A stretch of 46,636 nucleotides of DNA from Desulfococcaceae bacterium HSG8 (GTDB taxonomy: Bacteria; Desulfobacterota; Desulfobacteria; Desulfobacterales; 4be13): contig JAUCGG010000017.1 of NCBI GenBank assembly GCA_030378015.1, forward strand, positions 1 through 46,636, in the 5' to 3' direction. This document shows positions 9,501 to 18,562 of this stretch, one piece after another (the first letter of the stretch is position 1; every line of letters begins with the position of its first letter). Under the pieces are notes generated by a model that made no database searches, was not told the DNA's origin, and saw nothing but the letters and a program-made list of their open reading frames with translations. Both the position numbers and the translations under genes were made by a program.

Positions 9501-9575
9501 ATACCAAACACTAAACATAAACACTAAACACCAAACAGCAAACACTAAACACTAAACACCAAAGATAAAGCATCA
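9490..9575. repeat. Imperfect microsatellite (aaacacYaa)n, about 9 units. It overlaps the stop codon and C-terminus of the kinase ending at 9545.
   Basis: aaacaccaaataccaaacactaaacataaacactaaacaccaaacagcaaacactaaacactaaacaccaaag. Confidence 0.7.
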
Positions 9576-11548
9576 GTCAGGTCTTCTATTGTATAAGGCT
9601 TGGCGAGTGCCCCTGCGAAAGCGTATTTCCTGAAATCAGTTATTACCGGATCATTTGAATATCCGCTTGAAACAATGGCCCTGACATGAGGATCTGTTTT
9701 CGTAAGCGACCTGACAGTTTCCACGCCTCCGATCCCTTTTTTTATCGTCAGATCCAGTATGACAGCATCAAAAGGCTTTTCGGAGTCCGCGGCTCTTTTA
9801 TATAGTTCAATCGCCTCGGCACCGTCACAGGCAAGTTCGGTATCATATCCGATCATATCTAACATATGACTGGCAATATCCCTTATCATCTCCTCGTCAT
9901 CCATCACAAGAATTTTTCCCCTGTGTGCTGCCGGCTCTTCCCCGGGTTTCTTTTCGTGTTCCTGCTCTTTTTTCTCTTCAGTTTCTTTTTCATAAGAAGG
10001 AAGATATATGGTAAAGACAGTTCCGCTTCCCGCCTCGGATTCCACAGTTATGTGCCCCTCGTGTTTTCTGATAACTGACCAGGTTATTGTAAGTCCTAGT
10101 CCCATTCCTTTCTGTGTTCCCCTGTCCCCGGTCGAGAAATACGGATCAAAAATTCTGGTAAGATTTTCTTCCGAAATTCCGACACCCTGATCCCGGATGA
10201 TTATCTTCACATAATTCCCCTCTAAAAGCGGCAGACCTGTTCCCGATCCTATTTCCGTGTTTTCCGCGATCACAACAAGTGATCCGCACCCGGGCATAGA
10301 TTCAGACGCGTTGATAATCAGATTCCTGAGAGCCTGCCTTATCTGTACTTCGTCAAATTCGACACGCCGGAGATCAGGCTGTATGGAAAACTCACATTTG
10401 ACATCTGATCCCGACAGAACAACCTTTGTCGTTTCTCTTACTATATCAACGAGTGATCCGGCTTTTTTTACGGGTGTGCCGCCCATTGAAAATGTGATCA
10501 GTTGGCTGGTAAGGTCTTTTGCCTTCAAAGAGGCTGCTTCAGCCTTTTTCAGAAATCCGGGGCCTCTCGAATCAGGTTCCATATCCATTTCCGCCAGATT
10601 GATATAGCCCAGGATTGCAGATAAAAGATTGTTGAAATCATGTGCAATGCCGCCCGCGAGAATGCCCAGTGATTCAAGTTTCCTGGCCCTGATAACTTCC
10701 TCCTGCATTCTCTTTTTCCCGGTAATATCCCGCACGATGCCGGCTACATGCCATTTATCATTCATTTTTAAGGCTGAAACGGAAACTTCGACAGGGAACA
10801 CTGTCCCGTTCTTTCTGACAGCCTTCAGTTCAGTTGTATTTCCGGATGGAGGAATCTGCCCGGTTCTCTGGAATTCCTCAGACAATTTTCTGTAGGATTC
10901 ATGAAGTTCTGCCGGGATAAGAAGGGAATGCATCTCCTTTCCTTTTAATTCTTCAACATTGTAACCGAATATCTTTTCCGAGGCAGGATTCGAATATATG
11001 ACTTTCCCTTGGTCATCCAAAAGAATAATTGCATCGGCCGCTGCATTCATAATTGTTCCCAGCTTTTCCTCACTCTCACGCAGGGCCAGCTCTGTCTGTT
11101 TTCGCTCATGGATTTCCTGCTGAAGCCTCTGATTCTGTGTCTGCAACTGCATCTGCATTTTGCGCAGACTCAGATGGGTTCTGACACGAGCGAGAACTTC
11201 TTCTTCCTGGAACGGCTTGGTAATATAGTCCACCCCGCCAAGCTCGAAGGCCCTGACTTTGTCCCCGGTCTCATCAAGCGCGCTGATAAATATTATCGGA
11301 ATATCACGCGTGCGCTCTCCGGCTTTCAGACGGCGGCAGACTTCATAGCCGTCTGTTCCCGGCATCAGGATATCGAGCAGTATGAGATCAGGCAGCGATT
11401 TCTGAGCAACCTGGAATGCCAGTTCTCCGTTCAGCACCGGACGCACCTGATAGCCTTGCTCCGTCAATATCTGCATCAGTATATGCAGGTTTTCAGGGGT
11501 GTCATCCGCAATTAAAATATCGCTCTGTTCCGTGTCAGACTGAATCAT
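9545..11548 (-). CDS. Hybrid sensor histidine kinase/response regulator: N-terminal REC, coiled coil, PAS, HisKA, HATPase_c, C-terminal REC.
   Basis: REC (ILIADDTPEN...LILLDILMPGTDGYEVCRRLK). H-box GGIAHDFNNLLSAILGYINLA. HATPase (DQGVGI, GMGLGLTI). C-terminal REC (ILVMDDEEMIRD...AVILDLTI). First ATG at 11548 with aaaggaga RBS; the track start 11620 is TTG inside a repeat. Confidence 0.85.
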   Translation of the reverse strand: MIQSDTEQSDILIADDTPENLHILMQILTEQGYQVRPVLNGELAFQVAQKSLPDLILLDILMPGTDGYEVCRRLKAGERTRDIPIIFISALDETGDKVRAFELGGVDYITKPFQEEEVLARVRTHLSLRKMQMQLQTQNQRLQQEIHERKQTELALRESEEKLGTIMNAAADAIILLDDQGKVIYSNPASEKIFGYNVEELKGKEMHSLLIPAELHESYRKLSEEFQRTGQIPPSGNTTELKAVRKNGTVFPVEVSVSALKMNDKWHVAGIVRDITGKKRMQEEVIRARKLESLGILAGGIAHDFNNLLSAILGYINLAEMDMEPDSRGPGFLKKAEAASLKAKDLTSQLITFSMGGTPVKKAGSLVDIVRETTKVVLSGSDVKCEFSIQPDLRRVEFDEVQIRQALRNLIINASESMPGCGSLVVIAENTEIGSGTGLPLLEGNYVKIIIRDQGVGISEENLTRIFDPYFSTGDRGTQKGMGLGLTITWSVIRKHEGHITVESEAGSGTVFTIYLPSYEKETEEKKEQEHEKKPGEEPAAHRGKILVMDDEEMIRDIASHMLDMIGYDTELACDGAEAIELYKRAADSEKPFDAVILDLTIKKGIGGVETVRSLTKTDPHVRAIVSSGYSNDPVITDFRKYAFAGALAKPYTIEDLTDALSLVFSV

Positions 11549-11655
11549 TGTGTTATTCTCCTTTTCCGAGTAATTCGGACAGGGATTGACAAATCCGGCG
11601 GTATGGCTCGGATTTGCCAATCATAACCGAACCGGATGGCCTGAATAAAGACCAT

Positions 11656-11740
11656 CAGCAGGTCGAAAACTTTCCGATAACCCTTTGTGAACATCGGATT
11701 TCGGGTTAAAATTAAAAACATCCGTTTTTAATTTTTATGT
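11656..11740. repeat. Partial family E element (left arm).
   Basis: cagcaggtcgaaaactttccg...ggatttcgggttaaaattaaaaacatccgttttt. Confidence 0.55.
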
Positions 11741-11834
11741 GGAAGTATTTTGTGTTTAGGGATTTCTCAATAAATAATCTGCCCCGTCTGACCTTAATTT
11801 TAATCTTGCTCTTTATCTTTATCAAGCAGGAGAA

Positions 11835-11912
11835 GGAGCGAGAGCACAAGAGCAAGGGCAGGAGCAAGAGTAAGAGCAAGATACCGGGTATATTAATTTT
11901 GGGGAAATACCT
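11835..11912. repeat. Family H element, copy 2 (agcaag microsatellite + ataccgggtatattaattttggggaaatacc).
   Basis: Matches 205-290. Confidence 0.6.
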
Positions 11913-12024
11913 TACTTAAAGGTTTCCCGAAATTTTAGTTCTGATACGGAAAGCCTTGCTTATAAGGGATTTGCAGATCCGTCACTCCGCAGGAGCCGGT
12001 TTTAATTTATTTTCACAGCCTTTC

Positions 12025-12185
12025 TTATTTTAACCACGAAAGACACGAATTATATTCTTTTTCCGGTATCTTTCATATCAGCATAAAGGCAACTGACACT
12101 CCGGTTCGCAGTTCCGCCTTCGGCAACCGCGAACCGGAAAATGAAGGACGCTCTCTTTTTTTCGTGTGTTTCGTGGTTAAAAGGC
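12025..12185. mobile_element. MITE-like element with TIR ttttaaccacgaaagacacgaa / ttcgtgtgtttcgtggttaaaa and central hairpin ggttcgcagttccgccttcggcaaccgcgaacc.
   Basis: Inverted termini and central stem read directly. Confidence 0.6.
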
Positions 12186-12465
12186 ACTGGTTCAGTTCAA
12201 TGGAATTTTTCAGGAAATTTCCCGGATTTGCCTAAAAAAAACAGCCAGTTGCCGTATTTTCGGTGTACATATCTAACATGCTGATTTTACATGATTGCCA
12301 CTGTTTGCGAAAGTTTTCGATCTACTGACCATGATCATTTTGTGATTCTGACGTATTACATCTCATCGTTAAAATATAGCCGTCATCTGTTCAGAATGCT
12401 AAATATAACCAAGCTTAATATTCAATAAGTTAATATTCAATAAGTTAACGCACGTTCATTTAGTA

Positions 12466-12640
12466 TCAGCAGATCGAAAACTTTCTGTCCGACAGTGAAT
12501 TCCGGGTTAAAATCGGAAGATATTCATCTTCCGGTTTTCCCGGAATGACAATTTAACATACTGTTATTCCAGAAAAAATCAAAAAAAGATATTTTCAGAT
12601 TTAACCTGGAATCCACTGCTTGCGAAAGTTTCCAATTTTG
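12466..12640. mobile_element. Family E MITE copy (degenerate right end). Solo right-end fragments at 12295-12330 and 28680-28720.
   Basis: tcagcagatcgaaaactttctg...ccggaatgaca...ctgcttgcgaaagtttcc. Confidence 0.6.
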
Positions 12641-13032
12641 AGTATATAATATTCAATTGCCAGATGCAACACTATCATCAATATCTCTTGAAATACTCTT
12701 TCAATCCTATTTCAGGCAGATTGAAAGTATCCCGAAAAGCTTGATTTGGGATTGGCAAATCCCAAGCATTTCCGGCGGATTTGCCAATCGTTCGACGACT
12801 CGACAGAGCTCGCCGAAGTCTGATCTCACGCCGAATCCGCCGGGAGCGGTTCGGAGCATTTTTCATCTGCTGATAATCTGTTATACCCGAATTGTATCCG
12901 TCTCCTGTTGTTGCTTTCAGCCGAAAAAACTGATAAAGAGGTGATGAAGTCTGTTTGGGATCATGCTGTGAAGCAATTAAGAATTACGGAATAAGGGCAT
13001 TCCAAATACCCGATTCGGGTAAACAGGCACCT

Positions 13033-13103
13033 CTCCTGCTCGGTTCGGATTGACAAATCCGAACCCGCGGCGGGGGATTTGTCAATCCCCCGCGAGCAAC
13101 AGA
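13033..13103. repeat. Family G unit (solo). ctgctcggttcggattgacaaatccgaacc hairpin + cgggggatttgYcaatcccccg hairpin.
   Basis: Same unit forms a 4-copy tandem array at 29720-30085. Carries ttgaca motifs. Lies ~90 bp upstream of the MVP-like gene. Confidence 0.65.
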
Positions 13104-13191
13104 CGGGTATTTTATTTTCCGGAAATCCCTAAAGTCCGAAAGCCTGACTAAACCTGTAACCAGTAACCCTGAAAACTACAAGGAGAGCAAA

Positions 13192-15681
13192 ATGCCGGAA
13201 GAAAGAAGGGAAAGGGATCTGATACTGGCCCCCAATGAATACGCGTTCATCCTGGATGAAACCAAGGGAAATATTGTCAACTACGTGGGGCCGCATAAAA
13301 CAAGTCTGGCGAACACAGATCAGCCGGTTCTGTTCAATGATCAGACAAAGCGGTTTGACCGGTGTAACCTTGAAAAAGCCATCAAGCCCCACGCCATATC
13401 ACCCGAAGGATGGTATGTGGTGCTGAAAAATCCGGCCAGGGACGGAAAGCCCCCTACTTCCGGCACGGCAAACAGCCTCCCGGAACTGGATATCGGGCGA
13501 AAGGTCAATATTCCGGGCCCCGTATCCCTTGCGCCCTGGCCCGGACAGATGATCCGTGTCATCCAGGGACATAATTTACGTTCCAATCAGTATCTTATTG
13601 CACGGGTCTATGAGGAAGAGGCTGCAAGGATTAACTGGAAGAAAGCGGTGATCAAACCCCAGACAAGCTCAGTGGGCGAAGTATCGGACGGACCCGAGGA
13701 CGGCGTGAAGCCGGACAGGGATACACCGGATCTGACCATGGGAAAACTGCTGGTGATCCGAGGAATAGATGTCTCCTTTTATATTCCGCCCACAGGCATC
13801 GAGGTGGTTCCGGATCAGAACGGGCGTTATGCCAGGAATGCGGTAACCCTGGAGCGTCTGGAATACTGTATCCTGCTTGACGAGGATGGTAACAAACGCT
13901 ACATCCGGGGCCCCGCGGTGGTATTCCCGAGACCCACGGAGACCTTTGTGGAGAAGAACCGCTCCCGGAAATTCAAGGCTGTGGAACTGAACGAGATCAG
14001 CGGGTTGTACGTCAAAGTCATCGCTGCTTACGAAGAAGATGGCAGGGAATATAAGGAAGGCGAAGAGCTTTTTATCACCGGCAAAGAGCAGATGATCTAT
14101 TTCCCCCGTTCCGAACATGCGATTATCCGATACGGGGATCAGGAAGTCAACTACTCGGTGGCAATTCCCGCTGGCGAAGCCAGGTATGTGCTGAACAGGA
14201 TGTCAGGGCAGATCACGCTCCGAAAGGGGCCATGTATGCTCCTGCCAGACCCCCGCAAAGAAGTGATTGCCCGGCGGGTGATTGATCCCGGACTCGTGAA
14301 GCTCTGGTTCCCGGGAAATCATGAGGCACTGGAATATAACAGCCGGCTGATGAACATCACCCGGAAAGAAAAATCCGGGGAATTCGTCGAGGATCAGCAG
14401 GTCAAGAAAATGCTCAGGGATGAAGATGCTCAGACACAGGAGGGGCAGCGGACAACAGAGTTCTCGGGCGATCAGTTCACACGGAAACAGACCTTTTCCC
14501 GTCCCCGTACCGTTACCCTGGATACCAAATATGAAGGCGCGGTCTCCATCAATGTGTGGACAGGCTACGCGGTGCTGGTGATCAGCAAAACCGGGAACCG
14601 CAAGGTAATCGCAGGTCCCCAGACCTGCCTTCTCGAATATGATGAAACCCTGGAAACCGTCGAACTGTCAACCGGAACCCCGAAAACAGAGGATCATCTG
14701 ATTCAGACAGTATATCTGCGGGTGCTGCACAATAAGGTCTCGGATATTGTGGAAGCTGAAACCCGGGATCTGTGCCAGGTTCAGTTTGATGTGTCTTACC
14801 GGGTAAATTTCGAAGGCGAACCTGAGAAATGGTTCAATGTTGAGAATTACGTCAAATTCCTCACGGATCACATCCGTTCCATGCTGCGCCATGCCATCCG
14901 CCAGTATGGTATTGAAGAATTTTATACCAAAGCCATCAGCATTGTCCGGGATACTGTTCTGGGCCTGCCCGGGGAGGATGGAAAACGTCCCGGTGCATTG
15001 TTTGAAGAGAACAATATGCGTATCTACGATGTCGAAGTTCTGGATGTCATCATCGGAGATGAGGTTATTGATCAGCTTCTTGTCAGTTCCCAGCACACGA
15101 CAGTCAGGCAGACCCTGGAAATTGCATCAGAAAAGAAAAAGCTGGAAGTCACCGAGCAGAGGGAAAACATCCGGCAGGAGATCGCCAAAATCGAGGCTGC
15201 GACATCACAACTCATGATCCGCTTGGAGGAGGAAGACGTCCGGAACCGGATGGCCCCGGAGATGGCAAAAATAGAATCCGCGGCAGAGGCACAGAAAAGA
15301 AAGCTCGGGGCAAAACTGGCAGACCAGAAGACACTGGATCAGATTTATTCCTCGGAACTTGCCCGCGAAAAGGCCAAATATGATATGGGCCTGGATGTGA
15401 CCCGCCAGGAAATGGTTCAGCGGCTTGAGGAACTGAAAGCCGAGGTTCAGGCAGTAGTCAGCAAGGCAAAAGCTGTTTCTCCCCAGTTGGTGGCCGCGCT
15501 TCAGGATTTTTCGGATAAGGCCCTCGCGGAACGGATGGCTGAGGCAATGTCTCCCCTGGCAATCTTAGGGGGAAAGAGTGTTGCCGAAGTGTTCGGGAAT
15601 CTGCTCCGGGGAACGGTGCTGGAGAATGTTCTTGCCCTGTCTGAAACACATACTGCGCATGAAGATGACGCGTCTGAATAA
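13192..15681 (+). CDS. Major vault protein (MVP)-like protein, 829 aa.
   Basis: ATG with strong RBS (aaggagagcaaaATG). N-terminus ILAPNEYAFILDETKGNIVNYVGPHKTSLANTDQPVLF aligns by eye with the start of vertebrate MVP ([38 protein letters not shown], recalled from memory). Total length is close to MVP (~860-890 aa). The C-terminal ~180 aa are a Glu/Lys/Ala-rich coiled coil (IAKIEAATSQLMIRLEEEDV...AEAQKRKLGAKLADQKTLDQIY...LEELKAEVQAVVSKAKA), like the MVP cap-helix. Confidence 0.7.
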   Translation: MPEERRERDLILAPNEYAFILDETKGNIVNYVGPHKTSLANTDQPVLFNDQTKRFDRCNLEKAIKPHAISPEGWYVVLKNPARDGKPPTSGTANSLPELDIGRKVNIPGPVSLAPWPGQMIRVIQGHNLRSNQYLIARVYEEEAARINWKKAVIKPQTSSVGEVSDGPEDGVKPDRDTPDLTMGKLLVIRGIDVSFYIPPTGIEVVPDQNGRYARNAVTLERLEYCILLDEDGNKRYIRGPAVVFPRPTETFVEKNRSRKFKAVELNEISGLYVKVIAAYEEDGREYKEGEELFITGKEQMIYFPRSEHAIIRYGDQEVNYSVAIPAGEARYVLNRMSGQITLRKGPCMLLPDPRKEVIARRVIDPGLVKLWFPGNHEALEYNSRLMNITRKEKSGEFVEDQQVKKMLRDEDAQTQEGQRTTEFSGDQFTRKQTFSRPRTVTLDTKYEGAVSINVWTGYAVLVISKTGNRKVIAGPQTCLLEYDETLETVELSTGTPKTEDHLIQTVYLRVLHNKVSDIVEAETRDLCQVQFDVSYRVNFEGEPEKWFNVENYVKFLTDHIRSMLRHAIRQYGIEEFYTKAISIVRDTVLGLPGEDGKRPGALFEENNMRIYDVEVLDVIIGDEVIDQLLVSSQHTTVRQTLEIASEKKKLEVTEQRENIRQEIAKIEAATSQLMIRLEEEDVRNRMAPEMAKIESAAEAQKRKLGAKLADQKTLDQIYSSELAREKAKYDMGLDVTRQEMVQRLEELKAEVQAVVSKAKAVSPQLVAALQDFSDKALAERMAEAMSPLAILGGKSVAEVFGNLLRGTVLENVLALSETHTAHEDDASE

Positions 15682-15804
15682 TCCGCTATGCGAAGACCTG
15701 CGAGGTTTTGAAAACGACTCGACAGAGCTCGCCGAAGTCCTCGCAGGTCTGGAACTCTCAGGATAACTTGCACATCGTGTTAAGGTAAGAAAGGAAAGAA
15801 TAAA

Positions 15805-16011
15805 ATGAAATGGCAGGAAATTCGTACATATTATCCGCAACAGTGGCTCCTTATAGAACTGGAGCAGATCGCTGTTGTTGACACTTTTGCGGATTCCCTA
15901 TCCATTACGAACCTCAATGTATATGTCGGCGGGAAGGATTTGCAGAACACAGAAGGAGAGGAATTCATATCATTTCCTATAAATATCATCCCTTTGAAAT
16001 TCTTTCGCTGA
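15805..16011 (+). CDS. Small hypothetical protein (68 aa) immediately downstream of the MVP-like gene.
   Basis: ATG preceded by gaaaggaaagaataaaATG. No recognisable motifs. Could be co-transcribed with the MVP-like gene. Confidence 0.3.
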   Translation: MKWQEIRTYYPQQWLLIELEQIAVVDTFADSLSITNLNVYVGGKDLQNTEGEEFISFPINIIPLKFFR

Positions 16012-16059
16012 TAGAAAGATGCTTTGCTTGGTGCGCTTCAGCGTTCAGCGTACTTTGGC

Positions 16060-16290
16060 TTTCAGCCGGCGCAAACCGATATAAAAAATATCAGATTTCG
16101 CTTGACAACAAACCCTGGTTATGTCAGGGAAACAGAAACAGCTATCAGGAAATACACGGAATTATGAATTAAGTAAAAAAATAACTGAAGTTATCAGATA
16201 AAATTCAGATCAGAACAGTTTGCGTTAATATTACATGCTGTTCCGGTATATTATAGGTTCGGTTCGGATTTTCCGATAAAAGATTAAGGT
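16060..16290 (+). promoter_or_regulatory. Conserved ~165-bp noncoding leader upstream of DUF2887 paralog 1. Contains ttgacaac and an aatacacggaattatgaat core. Duplicated at 17265-17440.
   Basis: ~85% identity between the two copies by eye (gatataaaaaatatcagatttYgcttgacaac...agctatcaggaaatacacggaattatgaat.aagtaaaaa.ataactgaRgttatcagata). Confidence 0.45.
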
Positions 16291-17093
16291 TATGAAAACA
16301 GATGCCTTATTTTACATGCTTTTCCGACTCTCCCCGGAGCCTGTTCCGGCTTGTTAAGCTGAATCTGCAGGGAAAGTATGCTTTCGAGAGCATCACCGTC
16401 AAAACCACCGGAAAACGGTTCGACGGTTTTATGAAACGGACAGACGGCGAAGGACCGAACGTGTTCGTCGAAATTCAGGGCTACGACGATAACACGATTT
16501 ACTGGCGGTCTTTCCGTGAAGTATGTATGTGGTACGAGGAGAATGACAGCAGCAGACCGTTTATCCTGGTTATTCTTTTCACTGATGAAAAATATGATCC
16601 CGACAACCGTATGCTGTCTTGCAGACCTCCGTGCCGGCTGATCCGGAAAAATCTCGCAGACTGTCTGAAAGGGATAGGAAAGAAGGCGGGCGTGCTGACC
16701 GTTCTGAAACCGTTACTTCTTTCGGACAGCAAAAAAGACAGGGAGAAGCTGCCGAAGCTTGTTCCGCAGTGGGAGGAAGAAATCCGCTCCCCTGAACTGT
16801 CGGAACATGAAACAAAGGAAATGACAGAACTACTGATTTATGCGATTATGCAAAGATTCTCAGATCTTAATTTGGAAGAGGTACAGAAAATGATACAATT
16901 AACACCGCTTGACCAGACCGTTGCCGGTCAGGAGCTTATTCAGATAGGGATGGATAAAGGCGAAAAGAAGACTCAGGAAAAAACTGCCCGGAGCCTGCTT
17001 TCAATGGGATTGCTGACCCCGGCCCAGATTTCTCAGGCTACCGGGTTAAGCATAAAGGAAGTTAAAGGCCTTAAAAATTCGATAAAGCAATAA
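16291..17093 (+). pseudogene. DUF2887/Rpn-family (PD-(D/E)XK nuclease-like) protein, paralog 1. A 1-nt deletion near codon 16 shifts the frame relative to paralog 2.
   Basis: atgaaaacagatgcc... encodes MKTDALFYMLFRLSPEPVPAC-stop. The conserved body (KLNLQGKYAFESITVKTTGKRFDGFMKRTDGEGPNVFVEIQGYDD...) continues in the +1 frame from the internal ATG at 16302. Compare ctctccccgg here with ctctcgccccgg in copy 2. Could be a sequencing error. Confidence 0.55.
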
Positions 17094-17264
17094 AATCTGC
17101 TGGTTAATAATCTGATGCCCGAAAATGCCTTAAACAGAAAGGCTGGTGATGAGATAAATTCTAAAATAGCTGAAAATAAATAAAGTTTCGCGTTAAAGTA
17201 GTTATCGTCCAAACTAAAAACCGCCAATTTTCAAATCGCAGGACGATACTGACGGAGGCGCACC

Positions 17265-17473
17265 GAAGAGCGGGCGCGCAAACGGATATAAAAAATATCA
17301 GATTTTGCTTGACAACAGACTCTGTCTGTGTCAGGGGAATCGGGAACAGCTATCAGGAAATACACGGAATTATGAATCAAGTAAAAATAACTGAGGTTAT
17401 CAGATAGATAAAATTCGGATCAGAGCAGTTTGCCTGAGTGAAAACCCCGATATTTAATACCCGGCAGCAAATT
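17265..17473 (+). promoter_or_regulatory. Second copy of the conserved leader upstream of DUF2887 paralog 2.
   Basis: See 16060-16290. Confidence 0.45.
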
Positions 17474-18277
17474 ATGAAAACAGATGCGTTATTTTACAGA
17501 CTGTTCCGACTCTCGCCCCGGAGCCTGTTCCGGCTTGTTAAGCTGAATCTGCAGGGGAAGTATGCTTTCGAGAGCATCACCGTCAAAACCACCGAAAAAC
17601 GGTTCGACGGTTTTATGAAACGCACGGACGGCGAGGGACCGAACGTGTTCGTCGAAATCCAGGGCTATGATGACGACACGATTTACTGGCGTTCATTCCG
17701 CGAGGTATGCATATGGTACGAGGAAAACAAAAGCAACAGACCGTTCATATTGATCGTTCTTTTTGTTGACGGTAAATATGATCCCGACAACCGTATGCTT
17801 TCGCCCAGACCTCCGTGCCGGCTGATCCGTAAGAATCTTGCAGACTGTCTGAAAGGGATAGGAAAAAAGGCTGGCGTACTGACCGTGCTGAAGCCGCTGC
17901 TTCTTTCGGACAGCAAAAAAGACAGGGAGAAGCTGCCGGAGCTTGTGCCCCGATGGGAGGAAGAAGTCCGCGCCCTTGAACTGCCGGAACATGAGACAGA
18001 CGAACTGACAGAACTGCTGCTATATGCCATTGTGCAGCGGTTCCGGAAACTTACCATGGAAGAGGTGAAAAAAATGATACAGTTGACACCGATAGATCAG
18101 ACTGTTGTCGGTCAGGAGCTTATTCAGATAGGGATGGATAAAGGCGAAAAGAAGACTCAGAAAAAAACTGCCCGAAGCCTGCTTTCAATGGGATTGCTGA
18201 CCCCGGCCCAGATTTCTCAGGCTACCGGGTTAAGCATAAAGGAAGTTAAAGGTCTTAAAAATTCGATAAAACAATAA
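17474..18277 (+). CDS. DUF2887/Rpn-family (PD-(D/E)XK nuclease-like, putative transposase/recombination-promoting nuclease) protein, paralog 2, intact (267 aa).
   Basis: MKTDALFYRLFRLSPRSLFRLVKLNLQGKYAFESITVKTTEKRFDGFMKRTDGEGPNVFVEIQGYDDDTIYWRSFREVCIWY matches the cyanobacterial-type DUF2887 N-terminal pattern (TDKLFYRLF...FQSVEVKQTAFRIDGVF...PVYFVEVQFQKD...). C-terminal IQLTPIDQTVVGQELIQIGMDKGEKKTQKK...LLSMGLLTPAQISQATGLSIKEVKGL resembles the DUF4351 tail. The track start 17438 is upstream; the conserved Met is at 17474. Confidence 0.7.
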   Translation: MKTDALFYRLFRLSPRSLFRLVKLNLQGKYAFESITVKTTEKRFDGFMKRTDGEGPNVFVEIQGYDDDTIYWRSFREVCIWYEENKSNRPFILIVLFVDGKYDPDNRMLSPRPPCRLIRKNLADCLKGIGKKAGVLTVLKPLLLSDSKKDREKLPELVPRWEEEVRALELPEHETDELTELLLYAIVQRFRKLTMEEVKKMIQLTPIDQTVVGQELIQIGMDKGEKKTQKKTARSLLSMGLLTPAQISQATGLSIKEVKGLKNSIKQ

Positions 18278-18289
18278 AGCCGGATATCT

Positions 18290-18440
18290 TTCCTCCGCTC
18301 GTTCGGACTCTCGGAACATCAGACGAACTGACAGAACTGCTATTATATGCTGTTGTGCAGCGGTTTCGGAAACTTTTGCTGGAGGAGAAAATGATACAGT
18401 TAATCCCGATAGACCAGACTGTTGTCGGTCAGCATGTAGT
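18290..18440 (+). pseudogene. Orphan fragment of a DUF2887 paralog C-terminal region (ELTELLLYAVVQRFRKL...MIQLIPIDQTVVGQ).
   Basis: DNA matches 17995-18125 with an internal deletion. No start codon. Confidence 0.6.
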
Positions 18441-18562
18441 AGGTTGGGGTTCTTTCCTCAACAACCTGCATGCTACATGCTGTATGAAAAAATTCTTGCA
18501 TATTACATGCTGTTCCGGTATATCATAGGTTCGGTTCGGATTTTCTGATAAAAGATAAGATT

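Noticed and set aside
12657-12944. 95-aa plus-strand ORF and 62-aa minus-strand ORF in the 11.6-13.2 kb gap.
   Set aside because: They read through family E and G repeat elements (GFANRSTTRQSSPKSDL corresponds to the cgactcgacagagctcgccgaagtc repeat). Likely non-coding.
13129-13392. 87-aa minus-strand ORF overlapping the MVP-like gene start; also 13341..13586, 13669..14118 and 14668..15096 antisense ORFs.
   Set aside because: Antisense to a well-supported CDS with no independent evidence.
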